From an uncultured Poribacteria bacterium (GTDB taxonomy: Bacteria > Poribacteria > WGA-4E > PCPOR2b): 64,000 nucleotides of DNA. Positions 58,688-64,000 of the stretch are shown piece by piece. Positions within the stretch are counted from its first letter, which is position 1. The number at the start of each line of letters is the position of its first letter. The notes under the pieces are model-generated. The model did no database searches, was not told where the DNA came from, and was given only the letters and a program-made list of their open reading frames with translations. Location of the stretch: NCBI GenBank assembly GCA_958296125.1, contig OY282444.1:1543940-1607939 (forward strand), in the 5' to 3' direction. Position numbers and translations under genes: made by a program.

Positions 58688-59437
58688 TCACAGCGGTTTA
58701 CCACGCAACGCCTGCCGACACTGCATCAGGCCATTGCCGGTGACGTTATACGCAAAGGTGTTCATCCGTCGAGGCAGATTAGAGGTGTTGGCGGCAGAAC
58801 CGTGAATAATTAGGGCGTTAAAAAAGACACCATCGCCCGGCTCCATCTCCACTCGGACAGCATCCTCACGTTCATGGTAGTGCCCCGGCAAGAATACGCC
58901 AAATGTCTGCTGACGCTTTTGGTGCGTCTGCAAACCCCACTTATGGCTGCCAGGGACAAATTGGATGCAGCCATTTTCCCGTGTTGTGGCATCAATTGCG
59001 AGTTGGCAGTTTACCATCAACGGGCGGTTATTGTCCCGATTCCAATAGGCATAATCTTGATGCCACGGAATCGCCGTGCCATCTTTGGCATCTTTGGGAA
59101 GCAGCTTGCTATGATACAGTGAGATGTTGGGACCAATCAGTTGTTCGAGAATATCCAACATTGCATCTGAACGCAAGATTTTGTTCAAGGTTGGGCTTAT
59201 TAACTCACTGTTCATCAGCTGCTTAAGGCGTGGGGGTAGGGCAGGGTCATCGAATTCTTCCCACGAAAGACCGAGCCCCTCGATCGGTTGTTCCGCCATG
59301 CGATTGTGGATATCTTTAATATCTTCGCGGATCTTTTCTATCTCTTTAGGCGAAGCAACGGCTTTTTTCAGGATAAAACCGTTCTCATCATAAGATCGCT
59401 TTTCTTCGGAGGTGAGCATCAAGTCCATTCCTTTCAT
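58688..59437 (-). CDS. Phytanoyl-CoA dioxygenase (PhyH) family oxygenase
   Basis: YDENGFILKKAVAS, WHQDYAYW (HxD), FVPGSHKWG and GDGVFFNALIIHGSAAN. Starting at MKGMD avoids overlap with the upstream transporter. The ORF extends to 59515. Confidence 0.8.
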   Translation of the reverse strand: MKGMDLMLTSEEKRSYDENGFILKKAVASPKEIEKIREDIKDIHNRMAEQPIEGLGLSWEEFDDPALPPRLKQLMNSELISPTLNKILRSDAMLDILEQLIGPNISLYHSKLLPKDAKDGTAIPWHQDYAYWNRDNNRPLMVNCQLAIDATTRENGCIQFVPGSHKWGLQTHQKRQQTFGVFLPGHYHEREDAVRVEMEPGDGVFFNALIIHGSAANTSNLPRRMNTFAYNVTGNGLMQCRQALRGKPL

Positions 59438-59451
59438 AGTAACTTTGAGAT

Positions 59452-60846
59452 TTAGGCAAACCGAAGATAGATGGCATAGATTGCCAGCCCGATCATCGCA
59501 AGGAAGCAGATCCAAAGCGTGGCATCGGACTTCCCTCCCGGCGCGATGCGGCGGTCGGTGCGGAAATATCTCAGGTAGATTGTATTGCCTGCGACAAGCG
59601 GCATCATCATCGCTCCAACCGTGCCACTGATAGTGAGCATCCAGACCGGATTCTTAATAAAGAAATAACACACCGATTGGATAGCTGGTGCGGCCACTGC
59701 CCAGATTTGTCGGACGTGGATTCTCGCTTTGTAGTCGTTGGGGTCAATTACGCCAATGACACCCATTACGTCGGCGACCATTCGTGAACCACCGCCGAGC
59801 CCCGAAACCACCGTTGAAAAAAGTACAAAGAATCCCCCGACCATGAACAGCCACCATGCCCATTGACCTAACGTCTGCGTGTACATGTTAGACAGTATAC
59901 TAATAGTATCTAATCCATCGGGCATCTGCCCCATGCGATTCAGTACACCGGCACCCAGCATGTAAAAAGGAATCGTTGCAAAAGTCAGGACAAGTAAGGT
60001 CAGCACCACATCGGTCTGCATGACGCGAATCCAGCCACGCGCACGGTTTACCCAATCTTCGCTTGCGTCGGCCGGCCCGGTGAAACGAGCGTAGCCTTTT
60101 TCGGTGCACCAGTAAGTATACGCCATCGACTCGCCGGCGTTGACACCGGTGCCACCATAAGCCGCCAATGCGGCTGCGATTGCAAAGGCGGGGAAATCAA
60201 ATCGCAGCCCTGCCCCCACATCTGACCATGTGATGGCAAATTCTGTGAACTGTAGCAAAATCGCACATGCCAACGTGATGAAAGTGAAGGTTACGACCAT
60301 AAAGGTCAATAACTTTTCGAGGAAGCGATAGGTACCGCTCAGAATCAACGCCGCTGTCACTACGGCGACGATAATTGTCCACCATCTTGAATCCAGAAAC
60401 GGCATCATCATGCTCATCGCCTGTCCTGCACCCCCATAAATTCCGCCACCGCCCATGAGACCGGGAATCTGTTGAAGGAACCATAGCAAAATAAACCAAG
60501 AAATTTTGCTGCGGAAAAAGGGAATTTTGCCGGGGATGTCATTGAAAGCAGAGAGGGCAGTTTGGCCCGATGAGACCGCGTAACGTCCTAGCTCCGCCTG
60601 TACAATGCTCTTGCCCCAGCAACTGAGTAGCATCCACCAGAGCATCACAAAACCGACCGTTGCGCCGAGCGTTGTCGTAAGAATAATCTCCCCCGACCCA
60701 ACCACGGAGCCCACGAGAATCAAGCCCCGTCCGAGAAACTTGACCGTATTCCAAAAACTGGCGGGAGGCTCTTGGATATATTCGCTCCGAAGGGCATACG
60801 GATTGTCGGTGTCCCTCTTTGCGTTTGTATCTTCGTTTTCTGCCAT
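59452..60846 (-). CDS. Nramp-related divalent metal cation transporter-like membrane protein (divergent)
   Basis: ~11 TM helices. The segment GRGLILVGSVVGSGEIILTTTLGATVGF resembles, but diverges from, the Nramp GPGfL.sia..DPGni..d region. Size and topology fit the family. Confidence 0.5.
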   Translation of the reverse strand: MAENEDTNAKRDTDNPYALRSEYIQEPPASFWNTVKFLGRGLILVGSVVGSGEIILTTTLGATVGFVMLWWMLLSCWGKSIVQAELGRYAVSSGQTALSAFNDIPGKIPFFRSKISWFILLWFLQQIPGLMGGGGIYGGAGQAMSMMMPFLDSRWWTIIVAVVTAALILSGTYRFLEKLLTFMVVTFTFITLACAILLQFTEFAITWSDVGAGLRFDFPAFAIAAALAAYGGTGVNAGESMAYTYWCTEKGYARFTGPADASEDWVNRARGWIRVMQTDVVLTLLVLTFATIPFYMLGAGVLNRMGQMPDGLDTISILSNMYTQTLGQWAWWLFMVGGFFVLFSTVVSGLGGGSRMVADVMGVIGVIDPNDYKARIHVRQIWAVAAPAIQSVCYFFIKNPVWMLTISGTVGAMMMPLVAGNTIYLRYFRTDRRIAPGGKSDATLWICFLAMIGLAIYAIYLRFA

Positions 60847-60911
60847 AAATAATTCCTTTCAATATCAGGATTTCGGTCCCAACCCGGCTTGTTTGCACAA
60901 CTGATTAGCGG

Positions 60912-61097
60912 TTATCCAATCGGGATTTCTCGATTCTGCTGATGATATGCCATTACCATTTCATGCAGTGCATCTTGAAGTATTTCCCGACAATCTTCCC
61001 AAGTGCTTCCTTCGGTGAGTACTTCTGGCCATTCGATTAACTGTTCCATGTACCCGGAATCTATTTTTGTATATTTTACGGTATAGGTCATCAACAT
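60912..61097 (-). CDS. HicB-like (UPF0150) small protein, orphan
   Basis: MLMTYTVKYTKIDSGYMEQLIEWPEVLTEGSTWEDCREILQDALHEMV matches the HicB/UPF0150 pattern Y.v..e..e.G.y.a.vpelPG..tqG.t.eEa..n..ea. An AAGAGG Shine-Dalgarno lies upstream. The ORF track's TTG start at 61115 abuts the recG stop. No hicA is evident. Confidence 0.5.
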   Translation of the reverse strand: MLMTYTVKYTKIDSGYMEQLIEWPEVLTEGSTWEDCREILQDALHEMVMAYHQQNREIPIG

Positions 61098-61115
61098 TTC
61101 ATCAACCTCTTTCAA

Positions 61116-63803
61116 TCAACCGATTGATGCCATTTTCAAATGTCCAGTCCACTGCGTCTGTAGCACCTGTTTCAATACCCGATGCGCGGGTTGACTCAGG
61201 TTTGGGTCCATCTTAGCGAGCCGATTCGCCTCTGATTTGGCGATTTCAAGCAACGACGCATCCTTGAGAATATTGGCGATTTTGAAGTCTGGAAGCCCAG
61301 ATTGACGAGTTCCAAAAAATTCGCCGGGCCCTCGGATTTCCAAATCCACCTCCGCAAGATCAAAACCATCATTAGTTCGCGTCATCGCCTTGATTCGACG
61401 TACCCCATCGTCGGTTATTGGACCGCTAATCAGATGACAAGAGGATTTGTGGGTGCCGCGCCCAACGCGCCCACGTAGCTGATGCAGTTGCGACAGTCCG
61501 AATCGCTCCGCGTTTTCAATCACCATGAGCGAGGCGTTGGGCACGTCAATCCCGACTTCTATGACAGTGGTGGACACCAGAATATCGATTTCTCTATTTT
61601 TGAAGCGACCCATCACGTCCTGTTTTTCCACAGATCGCATCCGCCCATGTAGTAGCCCGACTCGCAGGTGCGGAAACACATTATCTTGAAAGTGGTCTGC
61701 CATCTCCGTTGCGGCTTTAATATCTTCCAACTTCTCCGATTCCTCGACAAGTGGATAAACGATATACGCTTGTCGTCCACGCTGGACCTCCTTCTCTATC
61801 TGCGCATACAGTTTTTCGCGGTCTTTCTCTCTTACCCATTTCGTCGTTATCTTCCGCCGCCCCGGCGGGAGTTCATCGATCGTGGACACATTGAGGTCTC
61901 CATAAATTGTTAGGGCGAGTGTCCGCGGGATGGGGGTCGCTGTCATGACCAAGACATCCGGGGTTGTCCCTTTGTCCCGGAGCGTCGCCCGTTGCATCAC
62001 GCCGAAGCGGTGCTGCTCGTCAATAATTACCAGTCCAAGCTGATGAAACTCAACCCCTTCTTGAATCAGGGCGTGCGTCCCAACAACGACATGAGCTGAG
62101 CCATCGGCAATGGCAGCGAGGGCTTCGTCGCGCTCCGCTTTGGAAAGATCGCTTTTGAGTAGGACGACTTTCAGACCGAGGGGTTCAAGCAATTCCGACA
62201 GGTTATAGGTATGTTGTTCAGCAAGGATTTCTGTGGGCACCATCAACGCCCCCTGATAGCCGCTCTGAATTGCACACAGCAGGGCAACCGCTCCAACGAT
62301 TGTCTTTCCGGATCCGACATCCCCTTGAAGCAACCGATTCATCGCCTGTACGTTCGCCATGTCCGACTTGATCTCCTCGATGACCCGTTTTTGCGCTTTT
62401 GTCAATTCAAAGGGCAATACCTCAACAAACCGATATAGCAGTTGATCTTCGACTTGGAAAGCGATTCCCTTCTCTTCTGTTTTCCAGCGTTGCTTTTTGA
62501 GCTCAAGCCCCAATTCTAGGAGGAAAAACTCATCGAACGCTAGCCTTCTTCGCGCGGCATCTTTATGTCTCTCTGAAGAAGGGAAGTGGATCTCTTGGAT
62601 TGCCATGCGCCGATCTATCAACTGATTTCGTTGGCGGAGGTCCAGCGGCAAAATCTCTGGATAGCCCTCTGCGTACCTGTCTAAGACCGTTTTGGTCCAT
62701 TGTCGAAGCATCCGTTGGGTGAGCTTCGCTGTCAGCGTGTACTTCGGCACAATTCTGCCCGTATGGATAAGATCTGCGTCCTCCGCCTCGAGCACCTCAA
62801 ATTCAAAATCGGTGGTCTGGATTTCATTGTTGCGACGGGTAAATTTGCCGCTCACAACAACTTGCGTGCCAACTTTCAGCAGGCTCTTGAGATAGCCGAC
62901 ACGACGCCCAAAGTTGACCAACTGCGCCACACCGGTTTGGTCATAGACTGCAATCTTTCCGACAGACTGTGCACCCCTGCGGCTCGGCGTGAACTGGCTT
63001 TGATTGACCACCTCACCTTGAATTGTCTCGTATTCGCCGGTACGTCCCACTTCATAAATTGAGCGGAAATGCCCACGATCTAGATAGTCGCGCGGATAGT
63101 ATTCCAGCAAATCGCGGACCGTGCAGATATTGAGCTCCGCTATCAGTTTCGCCGCTCGGCGTGGACCGATTCCACTTGCGTACTGAATCTCTGTCTCCAA
63201 AAATTTCAGCGACGCTGGATCGGTTGCGATGGGGACATCTTTAATCAGCACCTCTTCTGGGGGGTCAGCTTGTGAATCAGCGTGTGAAACGTGAGATTCT
63301 GATGAATCGGGACGGTCTATGAAACGTGAAGGGGCTGATTCAACCATCTCTGACGTTCTGCCTACCTTTGGATCAACAGGGAAAAGCGTCTGTTGACCTT
63401 TGCTCTCCCCGGCACGTTTTACCGAAGGGGAGGACATCTTTGCTGGTTGACTAGATGGCACTTGAAACAAGGGAAAATCATCAGCTGTTTCTGTTGCCGC
63501 GGGTTTTCTAGTAGGCGATTCCTTCTGATCTCCTAATCCTATTTCTTCAATCTGTTCGATGGCGGCTTGCACGACCTCCCGCCGTTTCGTTGGCGATAAC
63601 GTCTCATAATCTGAAAACAGATTCGCAAGCGAAGTCAGCATCTGCTGCTCAGCGGGGGTAAGCGTCAACCGTTGTGCATTCCTGACCCAAAGTTGGACAT
63701 ATGCACCTAATCCGTTAATCACCACACTGTCTTTACAACCGCTCCGAATTTCCTGCTGAAACGGACGTCGGATTATTGCTAGAATTTTAGTAAGCTCATT
63801 CAT
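61116..63803 (-). CDS. recG: ATP-dependent DNA helicase RecG with a ~200-aa N-terminal extension
   Basis: Wedge/OB region; helicase motif I GDVGSGKTIVGA; DEQHRFGV; a C-terminal TRG-like region; 895 aa versus ~690 typical. The extension includes a Ser/Pro/Asp-rich linker. Confidence 0.9.
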   Translation of the reverse strand: MNELTKILAIIRRPFQQEIRSGCKDSVVINGLGAYVQLWVRNAQRLTLTPAEQQMLTSLANLFSDYETLSPTKRREVVQAAIEQIEEIGLGDQKESPTRKPAATETADDFPLFQVPSSQPAKMSSPSVKRAGESKGQQTLFPVDPKVGRTSEMVESAPSRFIDRPDSSESHVSHADSQADPPEEVLIKDVPIATDPASLKFLETEIQYASGIGPRRAAKLIAELNICTVRDLLEYYPRDYLDRGHFRSIYEVGRTGEYETIQGEVVNQSQFTPSRRGAQSVGKIAVYDQTGVAQLVNFGRRVGYLKSLLKVGTQVVVSGKFTRRNNEIQTTDFEFEVLEAEDADLIHTGRIVPKYTLTAKLTQRMLRQWTKTVLDRYAEGYPEILPLDLRQRNQLIDRRMAIQEIHFPSSERHKDAARRRLAFDEFFLLELGLELKKQRWKTEEKGIAFQVEDQLLYRFVEVLPFELTKAQKRVIEEIKSDMANVQAMNRLLQGDVGSGKTIVGAVALLCAIQSGYQGALMVPTEILAEQHTYNLSELLEPLGLKVVLLKSDLSKAERDEALAAIADGSAHVVVGTHALIQEGVEFHQLGLVIIDEQHRFGVMQRATLRDKGTTPDVLVMTATPIPRTLALTIYGDLNVSTIDELPPGRRKITTKWVREKDREKLYAQIEKEVQRGRQAYIVYPLVEESEKLEDIKAATEMADHFQDNVFPHLRVGLLHGRMRSVEKQDVMGRFKNREIDILVSTTVIEVGIDVPNASLMVIENAERFGLSQLHQLRGRVGRGTHKSSCHLISGPITDDGVRRIKAMTRTNDGFDLAEVDLEIRGPGEFFGTRQSGLPDFKIANILKDASLLEIAKSEANRLAKMDPNLSQPAHRVLKQVLQTQWTGHLKMASIG

Positions 63804-64000
63804 TTAGATTTTGTTGACATTTGATAGATTGAATATAGACCTACGGGCTGAAACCCATACCCGTAGATCGGGCAAGATGACCGACCACCTGACAATCTGC
63901 ATCGGTTGAGCTAGGAAGCCCAACACTAGATTTTGTAAATATAGAAGGATTCCGTCTTGAAATTGTGGCAGATTAGCCGACACAGTTAAGCCTCAACAAG

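Overview
This 64 kb window looks like chromosomal DNA from an uncultivated Gram-negative bacterium. The lineage appears to carry a type IX secretion system (T9SS) but uses E. coli-like sigma70 -35/-10 promoters. GC is roughly 50% by eye, and genes are densely packed on both strands. Core genes present are argJ, tsaB, maf, udk, lysA, clpB and recG, plus an IlvD/Edd-family dehydratase, a D-threonine-aldolase-like PLP enzyme and a Gfo/Idh/MocA oxidoreductase. These are interleaved with accessory content, listed below. (1) A Type II restriction-modification pair (3401-5789) whose beta-class N4/N6 methyltransferase carries an unusual N-terminal HEAT-repeat domain, next to an orphan RepA_N-like winged-helix ORF. 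(2) A strong expansion of the phytanoyl-CoA dioxygenase (PhyH) family: six full genes, one edge-truncated copy and one frameshifted remnant. (3) A decayed IS200/IS605-type element that retains only the first ~85 codons of TnpB, a perfect 17-bp-stem hairpin, and a diverged ~50-bp direct repeat. (4) A minus-strand array: a ~2670-aa T9SS cargo adhesin, then PorV, then an uncharacterised SLOG-domain protein, a RimK-type ATP-grasp ligase and an amidohydrolase. The adhesin has tandem Big_5-like Ig domains, a type-A C-terminal sorting domain, and a 1014-bp near-identical internal tandem duplication. (5) An Rpn/YhgA-family PD-(D/E)XK nuclease whose C-terminal tetrapeptide-repeat tail is partly duplicated in tandem. 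(6) A cluster of secreted or outer-membrane proteins: a CARDB plus alpha/alpha-toroid protein, NHL-like and Kelch propellers, a TPR-PD40 lipoprotein and a DUF5916 barrel. (7) A MacA/MacB-like efflux module whose periplasmic components end in unusual Arg-Gly-rich tails. (8) recG with a ~200-aa N-terminal extension, followed by an orphan HicB-like ORF. No rRNA, tRNA or CRISPR array was found. All calls rest on reading motifs in the supplied translations and on hand translation of the DNA; no database search was possible.
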